A stretch of 64,000 nucleotides of DNA, from NCBI GenBank assembly GCA_900316525.1, contig ONDF01000008.1:21077-85076 (forward strand). Reading direction: 5' to 3'. The position numbers and the translations under genes were made by a program. Below are positions 34,271-44,280 of the stretch, in pieces (the first letter of the stretch is position 1; the number at the start of each line of letters is the position of its first letter). The stretch is from an uncultured Bacteroidales bacterium (lineage in GTDB: Bacteria; Bacteroidota; Bacteroidia; Bacteroidales; UBA932). The notes below the pieces were generated by a model. It had not been told where the DNA came from and searched no databases. It saw only the letters and a list, made by a program, of their open reading frames with translations.

Positions 34271-36343
34271 ATGAGAAAGACATCTCGCATATTGTTCCTG
34301 TCCGTGCTCCTGGGCCTGTTTGCGGCCCAGGGGTGCACGGACGACCGTATGGGGATGGCCGTACCGAATCCCGACACGAAGCCCAACGCGGGCGAGATCC
34401 CTTCCGGGGATCCCTTCAACCCCGACGCGCCGCCGCCCGGGCCGGTCGATCCCACGGATCCGACCGACCAGTGGGTGAACAACCCCGAGCGCCTCGCCCG
34501 CCTCGGCCAGACCCCGATCATCGAGATCTACTACACCGAGTACACCCGGGCCGACCTGTTCCCGTCCATCGACGAGGTGCGCAACTTCACCCACATCAAC
34601 GTGGGCCACGTGCGCTTCGTGGACAAGGACAACGGCGTGGGCATCGAGATCGACTCGAAGACCGTTCCGCTGGTGCAGAAGTTCGTCGCCTACAAGGCGC
34701 AGTACCCGGAGCTGAAGGTCAAGCTGCAGATGGGCGGCTGGGGCAAGAACGCCGACGGCTGGTCCCAGATGGCCCGCGACGCCGCGAAGCGCAAGGCCTT
34801 CGTGGACGAATGCGTGAACATCTGCAACACGTACGGCATCGACGGATTCGACATCGACTGGGAATATCCCACCTATGCGGCCAAGGACGGCGACCACGTG
34901 AACGGCGCCAGCCCCGCGGACTGGGAGAACTTCGTCAAGCTCTTCAAGGAGATGCGCGAGGCGATGCCCAATAAGATCCTCTCCTATGCGGCGTCCGACA
35001 GCGGCAAGTACACCGACAACTATGGCGTGCTGCCGTACGTCGACTACATCAACGTGATGACCTACGACGAGGGCAACCCGCCGTACCACAATTCGCCGCT
35101 GTACCGGAGCTCCATCACGGGCTCCCGCTGCGCGGCGGAGGCCATCGACGACATCTTCCACGGGCAGCAGAAGATCCCGTACCAGATGATGAACTTCGGC
35201 CTGGCGTTCTACGGCCACGGCGACGGCTACAAGCTCAAGACGGGCAACCGGTATCCCTCGTCGGTGGACTACAGCAAGCTGGACGACATCTTCTTCAAGG
35301 GCACCTGCGACGGCTATGACGTCAAGGGCGTGAACTATCGCATCTGGGACGACGTGGCCAAGGTCCCGTACCTGGCCGACGCCCTCGGCAAGATGTACGC
35401 GTCCTACGAGGACATCGAGTCCATCAACGCGAAGGTCGAGTACCTGAAGTCCCGCAACATGCTCGGCGCGATGATCTGGGAGTACCGTCACGACAACGAC
35501 GAGGGTACCCTCCGGCACGCGGTCAAGCATGCGATGGACGGCAACCCGGACAAGCCCGGCAAGTACGAGCGCCCGGACGAGTACGAACCGCCGACCCCGG
35601 CGCAGGTGCCGGTGATGGGCAAGGTCGAGTTCTCCAAGAAGCTGCAAAGCGGCAGCGCCTATGTGGAAGAGCTCTCCGGCCTGTGCCTGTCCAAGGACGG
35701 CGACTTCCTCTGGGGCGTGGGCGACAACGGCGCGCTGTACAAGATAGGCTTCGACGGCACCTTCACCCAGCATTGGACCTACGACGCCGACATGGAAGGC
35801 CTGTGCATGGACCCGGCCACCGGGACGATGTATATGGGCATCGAACCCAAGCGCGTGTACAAGCTCACGGAGCCGTACCAGTCGAAGACCACCCTGTGGG
35901 ACGTCGACGAGGCGGCCGACATGGGCAACTCCGGCATCGAGGGCATCGCCTGGCACAAGGGCAACCTGTACCTGGGCTCCCAGACCGGCGCCACCCTGTG
36001 GGAGTACACCCTGGACGGCACCAGGCTGTGGAAGAAGAGCCTCCGCACCGTGACCTCCACGATCTCCGAGATCGCGGGCCTGGACTACGACGAGAAGAAC
36101 GACTGGCTGTGGGTCATCGACTCCAACTCCAACAAGGACCGTCCGGAGTATCTGGGTTACACGATCTACCTGTTCGACGGCGACGCCACCAAGCTCCTGG
36201 CGACCTACTATGTGGGCGATTTCGCCAACTGGAACCCAGAGAGCATCTGCGTGGACCGCAAGAACGGCTGCATCTGGGTCGCCGACGACTGCGGCGACGC
36301 CACCCCGTCCATCCTCCACAAGATCTCCTTCTCGGGCCTCTGA
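34271..36343 (+). CDS. GH18 catalytic domain fused to a C-terminal SdiA-regulated/YjiK-like beta-propeller-like domain, lipoprotein
   Basis: True start MRKTSRILFLSVLLGLFAAQGC lies within ORF 34103..36343. GH18 motif DGFDIDWEYP. The C-terminal ~240 aa carry LSGLCLSKDGDFLWGVGDNGALYKI...MEGLCMDP...IEGIAWHKGNLYLG...EIAGLDYDEKNDWLWVIDS...ESICVD..NGCIWVADD. Confidence 0.8.
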   Translation: MRKTSRILFLSVLLGLFAAQGCTDDRMGMAVPNPDTKPNAGEIPSGDPFNPDAPPPGPVDPTDPTDQWVNNPERLARLGQTPIIEIYYTEYTRADLFPSIDEVRNFTHINVGHVRFVDKDNGVGIEIDSKTVPLVQKFVAYKAQYPELKVKLQMGGWGKNADGWSQMARDAAKRKAFVDECVNICNTYGIDGFDIDWEYPTYAAKDGDHVNGASPADWENFVKLFKEMREAMPNKILSYAASDSGKYTDNYGVLPYVDYINVMTYDEGNPPYHNSPLYRSSITGSRCAAEAIDDIFHGQQKIPYQMMNFGLAFYGHGDGYKLKTGNRYPSSVDYSKLDDIFFKGTCDGYDVKGVNYRIWDDVAKVPYLADALGKMYASYEDIESINAKVEYLKSRNMLGAMIWEYRHDNDEGTLRHAVKHAMDGNPDKPGKYERPDEYEPPTPAQVPVMGKVEFSKKLQSGSAYVEELSGLCLSKDGDFLWGVGDNGALYKIGFDGTFTQHWTYDADMEGLCMDPATGTMYMGIEPKRVYKLTEPYQSKTTLWDVDEAADMGNSGIEGIAWHKGNLYLGSQTGATLWEYTLDGTRLWKKSLRTVTSTISEIAGLDYDEKNDWLWVIDSNSNKDRPEYLGYTIYLFDGDATKLLATYYVGDFANWNPESICVDRKNGCIWVADDCGDATPSILHKISFSGL

Positions 36344-36363
36344 TGACTCTTTGACGTGAGATA

Positions 36364-36400
36364 TCCTCCCTGCAAGCCCTTGCGGGGAGGATTTCTTTTT
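36364..36400 (+). terminator. intrinsic terminator ending the long PUL transcription unit
   Basis: Stem tcctccctgcaag/cttgcggggagga (36364-36391) followed by tttcttttt. Confidence 0.6.
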
Positions 36401-36430
36401 GTAACTTTACGCGGCTATTAACCAACCAAT

Positions 36431-38704
36431 ATGAAAAGAATCCTTCTCCTGGCGGCTCTCTCTGTTCTCGCCGCCTGCGGGCCCAAGGCCCCGAAAATGC
36501 CGGCCGACGCCATCGTCCTCCGCAGCCCGGACGGGCAGCTGGAGCTGAAGTTCGCCGTCGTGAACGGCGTCCCCGAATATACGCTGGACCGCGCCGGAAA
36601 GGCCGTCGTGCTTCCGTCCCGCCTGGGATATACGCTCCTGGACCGGGAGAACCTGGACGGCGGTTTCACCCTCACCGACTCGGCCTTCAACTCCTTCGAC
36701 GAGACCTGGGAGCCGGTCTGGGGCGAAGAAGCGTCCATCCGGAACCACTACAACGAGCTGCTGGTGACCCTCGAGCAGAAGCCCGAAGCGGCGCGCGAAG
36801 CGCAGCGGGGCGTGAGCGTCACCGACCCGGAATACACCGGCGACCTGGGCAACCCGTACGGCAAGGGCGCCGTGATGCAGGTGCGTTTCCGCCTGTATGA
36901 CGACGGCCTCGGCTTCCGCTACGAGTTCCCGCTGGAGAACGCCTTGACCTACTTCAAGGTCAAGGAGGAGCTCACCGAGTTCGCGATGACGGGCGACCAT
37001 ACGGCCTGGTGGATCCCGGGCGACTACTCCACGCAGGAGTTCGTGCCCACGGAGTCCAAGCTGTCGCAGGTGCGCGAGCTGCAGGACGTCCCGCGTCCCG
37101 CGGGCGGCTCGCCGCAGACGAAGTTCTCCCAGACCGGCGTGCAGACGGCCCTCCAGATGAAGACCGCCGACGGCCTGTACATCAACATCCATGAGGCCGA
37201 GGTGCTGGACTATCCCACCACGAACCTGGACCTGGATGACAGGAACTTCGTGTTCACGACGCACCTGACCCCGGACGCCGAGGGCGTCAAGGGGCGGCTG
37301 CAGGCCCCGTGCAAGAGCCCGTGGCGCACCGTGATGGTGTGCGAGAAGGCCACCGACGTGCTGGCTTCCCGCCTCATCCTGAACCTGAACGAGCCCTGCG
37401 CCATCGAGGATGTCTCCTGGATCCATCCGACCAAGTATATGGGCGTGTGGTGGGAGATGATCACCGGCAAGAGCGAGTGGTCCTACACCTATGACTATCC
37501 TTCCGTGCAGCTGGGCGTGACGGACTACGCCGCTTCCAAGCCGCACGGCCGGCACGGCGCGAACAACGAGAACGTCCGCCGTTACATCGACTTCGCCGCC
37601 GAGAACGGCTTCGACGCCATCCTCGTGGAGGGCTGGAACGAGGGCTGGGAGGACTGGTACGGCCACCAGAAGGACTTCGTGTTCGACTTCATCACCCCGT
37701 ATCCGGACTTCGACCTGCCGGCGCTGAACGAGTATGCCCACAGCAAGGGCATCCGCATCATCATGCACCACGAAAGCTCCTCGTCCACCGTCAATTACGA
37801 GCGCTGGATGGAGCAGGCCTATGACCTGATGAACCAGTACGGCTACGACGCCGTGAAGAGCGGCTACGTGGGCAAGATCATCCCGTACGGTGAGTATCAC
37901 TACAGCCAGGCGCTCATCAACCACTACCACCACGCCATCGTGGAGGCCGCGAAGCACCACATCATGGTTAACGCCCACGAGGCCGTGCGCCCGACGGGCC
38001 TGTGCCGCACCTGGCCGAACATGATCGGCAACGAGAGCGCGATGGGCACCGAATTCCGCGGCACCATCAAGCCCGGCCACACCACCATCTTCCCGTTCAC
38101 CCGCCTGCAGGGCGGTCCGATGGACTATACCCCCGGCATCTTCGAGACGGACATGTCCGTGAACAACCCGAACGACAAGCAGCATATGCACCACACCATC
38201 TGCAACCAGCTGGGCCTGTACGTGACGTTCTACTCCCCGCTGCAGATGGCGGCGGACCTGCCGGAGAACTACGCCAACTTCATGGACGCGTTCCAGTTCA
38301 TCAAGGACGTGGCCGTGGATTGGGACAAGAGCGTGTACATCGACGCGGAACCGGGCGCGTACATCATCACGGCGCGCCATCCGAAGATGTCCTCGCTGAA
38401 CTCCGGCCGCCTCGCCGGCAAATCCAGCGCCTGGGAGTTCGCGAACCCCGATGGCAAGGAGCACGACGTGTGGTTCCTGGGCGGCGTGACGGACGAGAAC
38501 GCCCGCACGTTCGACGTGAAGCTGGACTTCCTCACCCCGGGCGTCCAGTACGAGGCCACGATCTATGCCGACGCCCCCGACGCCGACTACGAAACGAACC
38601 CGAAGGCGTACACGATCACGCGCCAGACGGTGACGAGCGATACCGTGCTCAATCTCCGCATGGCGCGTGCCGGTGGATTTGCCGTGTCGCTACGGTCTAA
38701 ATGA
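36431..38704 (+). CDS. glycoside hydrolase family 97 (alpha-glucosidase/alpha-galactosidase-like), lipoprotein
   Basis: Lipobox VLAACG. N-terminal SPDGQLELKFAVVNGVPEYTLDRAGKAVVLPSRLG matches the GH97 N-domain pattern. Also NAHEAVRPTGLCRTWPNMIGNESAMGTEF and GGPMDYTPGIF. Confidence 0.85.
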   Translation: MKRILLLAALSVLAACGPKAPKMPADAIVLRSPDGQLELKFAVVNGVPEYTLDRAGKAVVLPSRLGYTLLDRENLDGGFTLTDSAFNSFDETWEPVWGEEASIRNHYNELLVTLEQKPEAAREAQRGVSVTDPEYTGDLGNPYGKGAVMQVRFRLYDDGLGFRYEFPLENALTYFKVKEELTEFAMTGDHTAWWIPGDYSTQEFVPTESKLSQVRELQDVPRPAGGSPQTKFSQTGVQTALQMKTADGLYINIHEAEVLDYPTTNLDLDDRNFVFTTHLTPDAEGVKGRLQAPCKSPWRTVMVCEKATDVLASRLILNLNEPCAIEDVSWIHPTKYMGVWWEMITGKSEWSYTYDYPSVQLGVTDYAASKPHGRHGANNENVRRYIDFAAENGFDAILVEGWNEGWEDWYGHQKDFVFDFITPYPDFDLPALNEYAHSKGIRIIMHHESSSSTVNYERWMEQAYDLMNQYGYDAVKSGYVGKIIPYGEYHYSQALINHYHHAIVEAAKHHIMVNAHEAVRPTGLCRTWPNMIGNESAMGTEFRGTIKPGHTTIFPFTRLQGGPMDYTPGIFETDMSVNNPNDKQHMHHTICNQLGLYVTFYSPLQMAADLPENYANFMDAFQFIKDVAVDWDKSVYIDAEPGAYIITARHPKMSSLNSGRLAGKSSAWEFANPDGKEHDVWFLGGVTDENARTFDVKLDFLTPGVQYEATIYADAPDADYETNPKAYTITRQTVTSDTVLNLRMARAGGFAVSLRSK

Positions 38705-40177
38705 CGGACGGGGGGCCTTCTTGGGCTCGCCGAGGAACGAGGCTTCGGCGTCGTTCTCGTCCAGGCAGAACACCATAAAGTCCTTTTGGGCGGCGGTGAC
38801 GGGTTTCCAGTCGCCGCCGTCCTTGCCGTTGGGATCGCTGTACTTGGCGAAGTTGGACCAGGCGGTGAGCATCTTCTCGGAGAGGTCCCAGTCGCCCTGC
38901 GTCCAGGGACGCCAGCAGTTCTTCAGGGACTTGAACACGAACCACAGGTCGGAGGAGTGGAACGCGCCCTGGAGGACGTTCGGACGGCCGTCCGTGGGCA
39001 GCGGGCGGGCGAACTGGTAGGCCCAGGCCTGGCCGCCGTGCTCCTCGCGGTTGAGGCAGAAGTCCGTGATGACCGGTTCCATGTTGCCGGCGTCGTTGAG
39101 GGTGTAGCCGATCATGTAGGGGACGTCGGCCAGGGAACCGTCGACACAGGCCTCATCAAAGCCTTCCGTGAGGACGTAGCCGTCGATGTACGGGGAGATG
39201 GGGGAGGCGGTGAGGACGCTGCGCTTGCCGGTGGCGCTGCTGTAGAGGGTGCCCATCGCGAAGATGGTTTCGGTCGAGGCGCGGCGGAGCTTCTGCAGGT
39301 CCGTGAGGCCGGCCCAGTCGGCGACTTCCTTGGTGGAGGCCTCCGCATCGGCGAGGGTGAGCTGCTGCTGCATCGGCATCGCGCGCATGCCCGGGAACAT
39401 CGGCTCGACGGGCTTCCGGGGATCCGTGAAGCCGCTGGCGCTCATGATGACGGCCTTGTTGAAGAGGCCCTTCGTGAGCGGGGAGGCAGACAGGAACTTC
39501 GTGCTGCGGCCGCCGGCGCTCTGGCCGAACAGCATCACGTTGTCCGGGTCGCCGCCGAACTGGGCGATGTTGGCCTGGACCCACTTCAGGGCCTGGATCT
39601 GGTCCAGGGTGCCCCAGTTGCCGGTCGGGTGCTCCGGGTTCTCGGCGGAGAGCTCGGGATGGGCGAAGAAGCCGAACGGGCCCACGCGGTAGTTGAAGGA
39701 AACGAGGACGACATCCTTCGCTGCCCACTCCTGGCCGTCGAACTCCGGCTCGGAGCTCCAGCCTTCCCGCATGCCGCCGCCGAACACCCACACAGCCACC
39801 GGGAGCTTCTTCTCCGGCTGGCCGGGCGCCTTGGTCCATACGTTCAGGTACAGGCAGTCCTCGCTGTAGGGCGCTTCCGCGCCGTAGCCCCACTCCGTGG
39901 TATAGCCGCCGGGGTAGTGCGCCGCCTGGAACGGCGGGTGGCCGAAGGTGTCGCACACCTTCACGCCTTCCCACGGCACGACGGGCTGCGGCGCCTTCCA
40001 GCGGTTCTCGCCGATGGGCGGCGCGGCGAACGGAATGCCGCGGAACACGGTGACGCCCGGGATGTCGGCCGCCACGCCTTGGACCTGGCCGCCCTCGATG
40101 GTGAGGATGGGGCTCTGGGCTTTCTGCGCGCACGCGGCCATCGCCAGGGCGCACGCGAGGATCAGAATTCGTTTCAT
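38690..40177 (-). CDS. type-B carboxylesterase/lipase family protein, secreted
   Basis: Motifs FRGIPFAAPPIGENRW, EDCLYLNVW and GGDPDNVMLFGQSAGG (GxSxG). Its 3' end overlaps the GH97 3' end by 15 nt (convergent). Confidence 0.85.
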   Translation of the reverse strand: MKRILILACALAMAACAQKAQSPILTIEGGQVQGVAADIPGVTVFRGIPFAAPPIGENRWKAPQPVVPWEGVKVCDTFGHPPFQAAHYPGGYTTEWGYGAEAPYSEDCLYLNVWTKAPGQPEKKLPVAVWVFGGGMREGWSSEPEFDGQEWAAKDVVLVSFNYRVGPFGFFAHPELSAENPEHPTGNWGTLDQIQALKWVQANIAQFGGDPDNVMLFGQSAGGRSTKFLSASPLTKGLFNKAVIMSASGFTDPRKPVEPMFPGMRAMPMQQQLTLADAEASTKEVADWAGLTDLQKLRRASTETIFAMGTLYSSATGKRSVLTASPISPYIDGYVLTEGFDEACVDGSLADVPYMIGYTLNDAGNMEPVITDFCLNREEHGGQAWAYQFARPLPTDGRPNVLQGAFHSSDLWFVFKSLKNCWRPWTQGDWDLSEKMLTAWSNFAKYSDPNGKDGGDWKPVTAAQKDFMVFCLDENDAEASFLGEPKKAPRPSFRP

Positions 40178-40258
40178 ATCATTTCGGGGTTATTGGCAAA
40201 TTTACAAAAAACCCGGCAGACCCGCACGCATCCGAGACGGATTCTTCCCGAAAAATCG

Positions 40259-40266
40259 TATCTTTG
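40259..40266 (+). promoter_or_regulatory. -7 promoter box TATCTTTG
   Basis: Matches TAnnTTTG, 12 nt upstream of the 40278 start. Confidence 0.4.
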
Positions 40267-40277
40267 GGATCGGTAAA

Positions 40278-41156
40278 ATGAAACGAACGATGAAAAAGTT
40301 GCTTATTTTCCTGGCGGCCGCCGCGATGGCGGTGTCCTGCATCATCAGAATCGGTGGGAACGGCGTCGTGTGGGTGGGTGAGTGCACCGAGGAAGGGATC
40401 GACTATACCGAGGTCCGCGAGGTCGGGCATTTCCGGGCGGTCGCGTCCAGCCTTCCCGCCCATGTATATTATGTCCAGGCCGACAAGCAGGAGGTCCGCG
40501 TGGAGAGCACAGAGGAGCTCGCGCCCAAGGTGCTGACCCAGGTCGAGGATGGAAAACTCTCCCTCAAGCTCGCGTCCGGCCGGTATCCCAAGCTGATCCT
40601 CCGTGTGGTCGTGTCCTCCCCCGACATCGAAAAGCTGTCGGTCAGCGGCAGCGGCAATCTGGTCCACGAGGGCGTCCTGCACGCCTCAGGCTCCCTGGCC
40701 TTGAAGGTCTCGGGGAGCGGCGACATCGTCACGGGCGAGATCGACAGCCGGGATTTCGAAGCCCAGTGCAGCGGCAGCGGGAGCATCCGCGTCAGCAAGC
40801 TCTCCTGCGACGACTTCGACGGCCAGGTCAGCGGGTCCGGGTCCGTGCGGATGGGCAGTATCTCCTGCGACGACTTCGAAGCGGGCGCCAGCGGGTCCGG
40901 CGGCTTCTCTGTCGACAAGCTCACCGCGACGGGCGGCGCTTCGGTTCGGGTTTCCGGCAGTGGCGACGTCCTCCTGCGGGAGGCGACGATCGACGGGAAC
41001 ATGGACCTGAAAACCAGCGGCTCCGGCGACATTACCGTCAATGGTTCCTGCCACGACCTTACCGCTGCCATCACCGGTTCCGGCGACATCTCCGGCAACC
41101 TCAAGTACGACCGCATCAGCACGCACACCTCCGGTTCCGGCAGCGTGAACCTGTAG
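40278..41156 (+). CDS. DUF2807/head-GIN-domain (putative adhesin head-like) lipoprotein
   Basis: True start MKRTMKKLLIFLAAAAMAVSC lies within ORF 39948..41156. Repeated SGSG(D/S)I/V beta-helix-like units. Confidence 0.65.
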   Translation: MKRTMKKLLIFLAAAAMAVSCIIRIGGNGVVWVGECTEEGIDYTEVREVGHFRAVASSLPAHVYYVQADKQEVRVESTEELAPKVLTQVEDGKLSLKLASGRYPKLILRVVVSSPDIEKLSVSGSGNLVHEGVLHASGSLALKVSGSGDIVTGEIDSRDFEAQCSGSGSIRVSKLSCDDFDGQVSGSGSVRMGSISCDDFEAGASGSGGFSVDKLTATGGASVRVSGSGDVLLREATIDGNMDLKTSGSGDITVNGSCHDLTAAITGSGDISGNLKYDRISTHTSGSGSVNL

Positions 41157-41169
41157 GCTTTCTTTCCGC

Positions 41170-42219
41170 ATGAATCCCGTCTCCCAGCGTCTTCTGAGCC
41201 AGCAGCTCGCGGCCCCGCAGTTCAAGGATCCGGCGGAGGTCGTGTCCTGGTTCGGGGCCATGCAGGCCCAGGACTACAAGTCGATGCGCTGGGCCGTGTC
41301 GATGCGGACCCGCCGGCCGTCCGGCAAGGCCTTCGAGAAGGCCTACAACGACGGGCGGATCATCCGGACCCATCTGCTGCGCACCACCTGGCAGCTCCTC
41401 GCCGGCGAGGACCTGGGCTGGATGCTGAAGCTGTGCCGCCGCAAGGCCCTCGCCGGGCTCCGCGGCTGGATGCATTCCAACGGCGTGGACATCCCCGCGG
41501 AGGAGGAAAAGCGCATCAGCGGCATCTTCGGCGAGGCGATCGCGGGGCACGGCAGCGTCCAGAAGGAGTTCCTCGCGGAAGCCCTCCGCGAGCGCGACAT
41601 CCAGATGACCGAGCAGCGGTTCTCCTACCATCTCCGCCTGGCGGAACTTTCGGGATTGCTATGCTCGGGGGACTTGCATCCGACTAAGCGCACGCTGGCC
41701 CTTGTTTCTGAGAAGGTGCGTAATCCTTTGGTTCTGAGCCACGAAGAAGCCCTCGCCCTCCTCACTCGCAAATACTTCCGCAGCCACAGCCCCGCCACGC
41801 TGGAGGACTTCGTGTGGTGGTCGGGGCTGAATGTCAACGACTGCCGGCGCGGCATCGCCGCCCTCGGCGGCGAGCTCCGCGCCGAGCGCTGGAAAGGCCG
41901 CGACTTCTACGTCCACGCGGAGGCCCGCACCCGCGGCTTCCGCCGCGGCAGCGTCCTCCTCCTCCCCGCCTTCGACGAATACCTCATCGGCTACAAGAGC
42001 CGCGACATCGTCCTTCACCCCGATCACTCGCACCACGCCCACAACAACTCCGGCATCTTCTACCCCATCGTCGCCCTGGACGGCTACATCGTGGGCAACT
42101 GGTCTCCCTCCGCCCACGACGGCGATCTTACCTTCTTCGACGACTCGACGACAGTCCCGACCGAGCCCTTCCACGCTCAGCTCGCCACCTACCGCTCCGC
42201 CCTCAAGCTCAAGCGATAA
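41170..42219 (+). CDS. winged-helix DNA glycosylase-like protein (YcaQ/AlkZ, HTH_42 family)
   Basis: The N-terminal LLSQQLAAPQFKDPAEVVSWFGAMQAQDYKSMRWAV pattern and overall size are typical of the family. Confidence 0.65.
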   Translation: MNPVSQRLLSQQLAAPQFKDPAEVVSWFGAMQAQDYKSMRWAVSMRTRRPSGKAFEKAYNDGRIIRTHLLRTTWQLLAGEDLGWMLKLCRRKALAGLRGWMHSNGVDIPAEEEKRISGIFGEAIAGHGSVQKEFLAEALRERDIQMTEQRFSYHLRLAELSGLLCSGDLHPTKRTLALVSEKVRNPLVLSHEEALALLTRKYFRSHSPATLEDFVWWSGLNVNDCRRGIAALGGELRAERWKGRDFYVHAEARTRGFRRGSVLLLPAFDEYLIGYKSRDIVLHPDHSHHAHNNSGIFYPIVALDGYIVGNWSPSAHDGDLTFFDDSTTVPTEPFHAQLATYRSALKLKR

Positions 42220-42229
42220 GCCCGAGCGC

Positions 42230-43642
42230 TTATTCGACGGTGATGATGATGCGGCGGTAGGCGGGGAGGGTGAAGGGGCCATCGTCGTGGACCTCACAGA
42301 CGAGGTGGTACTGCTGGCCGGGGGTGGCGTCGGCAGGGATGGTGAAGGCCGCTACGGGGGTGGCGGGTTCTGCGATGGCGGGGTAGGCCGTCTCGCCGGG
42401 GAATTCCTGGAACCACCAGGCGAATCGTAAGGCGTCGCCGTCGGGGTCGCTGGAGGCGGAGGCGTCGAAACTGAGGGCCTTTCCTTGTTTTGCGGTGATT
42501 TCCAATGGTTTAAGGCCATTGTTTCCGTCGATGACCACGACCGGGTTGCGGTTGCCGCGGCCCTCGGCGGCCCATTGCATGCGGGCGGCGAAGTCGTTGA
42601 ATTCGTCGGGGTAGAACTTGTGTTCGTAGGCGGAGGAGATGCCCTTGAGGGGTTCCTGCCAATTGGTCCAGGCCGAGGTCTCGCGGTCGGGGGAGAGGCC
42701 AAACTGGTGGCAGCCGCCCCAGCCGACCTGTTCCGGGTGCTCGGGGTCGTTGAGGCCGTTGGGCATCACGTTCAGGAAGCTGGGGGTGTCGCCTTCGACG
42801 CCCCAGAGGTAGTGGGGATAGACCTTGCCCATTTCGCCGTGGCCCTGGATGAGGGTGGCGTACTTGTCCCAGTTCTGCACGCCGAGGGCGTTCTGGTTGA
42901 GCCAGGCGCTTTCGTCCCAGACGAGGAGGAGATCATCGGCAAACTCCCGGCGGAGCCATTGGTGGGAACTGTAGGCGCGGTTCAAGCGCATGCCGTACAC
43001 CATGTCCTGGTCGGTGATGGTGTACAGGCGGAACTTCCGGAGGAAGGCCTTGAACGCTTCCGGCGAGCGGGTCTGCTGCACTTTCCAGATGGCCTGGGAG
43101 AGGGTGTTGGCCCCGCCCCAGGAGCACACCCAGATGGGCCGGGGGTCGTCCTCGTCGGCCAGGCGGATCAGGAGCTCGCTGCCGGGGGAGTCGTTCCCTT
43201 CGCCGATGACGCCGATGCCGGCGCGGGTGCTGCCCATCGCCGCGCGGCTCCGCAGGTAGCCGGCGCTGGGCCAGTACCCGAGCGCCTGGGCGCCCTGCTC
43301 CTCCTCCGGGCTCCGGAACCCGGCCTGCCCGGACCGCTTCATGAGGTTGTTGACATCGACCTCATATCCGTCGATGACGCGGTGCAGGTATTCCGCCCAT
43401 TCCTCCGGGTACGGGTCGCAGTTCCAGCCGATGGTGGTGATGAGGGCTTCGATCTCGAAGCGGTCGGCATAGGCGAGCAGGCGGACGGCAGACTCGTTGT
43501 CGTCCGGCTCCACCTCGGCCGGGCCGATGTCGGTGAGCACGACGAGGCGGGGCTTGAGCGGGGCGGGAGCGGGGGATTGGCAAGCGGCCGCGAGGGTAGT
43601 CGTGGCCGCCAGGAAAAGGTAGAGACGGGAAAACTTATCCAC
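42230..43642 (-). CDS. DUF1593 (nucleoside-hydrolase-like N-domain + Ig-like C-domain) protein, secreted
   Basis: PRLVVLTDIGPAEVEPDDNESAVRLLAYADRFEIEALITT is characteristic of DUF1593-type proteins. Confidence 0.65.
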   Translation of the reverse strand: MDKFSRLYLFLAATTTLAAACQSPAPAPLKPRLVVLTDIGPAEVEPDDNESAVRLLAYADRFEIEALITTIGWNCDPYPEEWAEYLHRVIDGYEVDVNNLMKRSGQAGFRSPEEEQGAQALGYWPSAGYLRSRAAMGSTRAGIGVIGEGNDSPGSELLIRLADEDDPRPIWVCSWGGANTLSQAIWKVQQTRSPEAFKAFLRKFRLYTITDQDMVYGMRLNRAYSSHQWLRREFADDLLLVWDESAWLNQNALGVQNWDKYATLIQGHGEMGKVYPHYLWGVEGDTPSFLNVMPNGLNDPEHPEQVGWGGCHQFGLSPDRETSAWTNWQEPLKGISSAYEHKFYPDEFNDFAARMQWAAEGRGNRNPVVVIDGNNGLKPLEITAKQGKALSFDASASSDPDGDALRFAWWFQEFPGETAYPAIAEPATPVAAFTIPADATPGQQYHLVCEVHDDGPFTLPAYRRIIITVE

Positions 43643-43647
43643 GGGGA

Positions 43648-44196
43648 TTAGTCGTTAAGACCGAGTTTCTTGTCCAGGTCGACGCTCCAGCGGAGGGATT
43701 TGATGGTGGAGCGGGAGAGGTCGACCTCGGCGGTTTTGCCGTCGTGGTCGAACTGGAAGCGGAGGCGCTTGCTCATCAGGAAGGGCTTGACCACGACGCA
43801 TTCTGCCGTGTCGGGAACGGTCAGGCGCTCGGTCAGGGAAGTCCGCCGGCAGGGGAAGGTGGCCGTCGTCCCGGGCTCTTTGTCGGTCAGCGCCAGGAGC
43901 GAATCGAGGGTGGAGAGGACCTCGTCCTTCGTCGCGCCCAGGCACAGGCAGGTTTCGTCGACGTGGGGGATGGCCCCCTGGATGCCGAAGAGTTCGAACT
44001 CCAGGTCCGGCGTCTCGTGGCGGAGGCTCAGGTAGTACCCGAAGGTCCCGTCCTCGTCCTTGTAGGAGAACAGGGAATATTTTTCTTCATTCTGTTCGAT
44101 CTCGACGACTTCCCGCCGCAAGCCGGCCGGGTAATCCTGGGCCCACGCGGACGTCAGGACGCACGCGAGTGCGGTGATGGCGATGATTCTTTTCAT
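43648..44196 (-). CDS. hypothetical secreted protein
   Basis: Start at MKRIIAITALACVLTSAWAQ within ORF 43648..44580. No recognisable motifs. Confidence 0.5.
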   Translation of the reverse strand: MKRIIAITALACVLTSAWAQDYPAGLRREVVEIEQNEEKYSLFSYKDEDGTFGYYLSLRHETPDLEFELFGIQGAIPHVDETCLCLGATKDEVLSTLDSLLALTDKEPGTTATFPCRRTSLTERLTVPDTAECVVVKPFLMSKRLRFQFDHDGKTAEVDLSRSTIKSLRWSVDLDKKLGLND

Positions 44197-44262
44197 ATGC
44201 TTAAGTTGTGATTTCTGTTTCATTGACAAACAAATATAGTGAATATTGCCGGAAAGAATGCG

Positions 44263-44270
44263 TATCTTTG
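44263..44270 (+). promoter_or_regulatory. -7 promoter box TATCTTTG
   Basis: Matches TAnnTTTG, just upstream of the 44281/44293 start codons. Confidence 0.4.
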
Positions 44271-44280
44271 AAACAATTAA

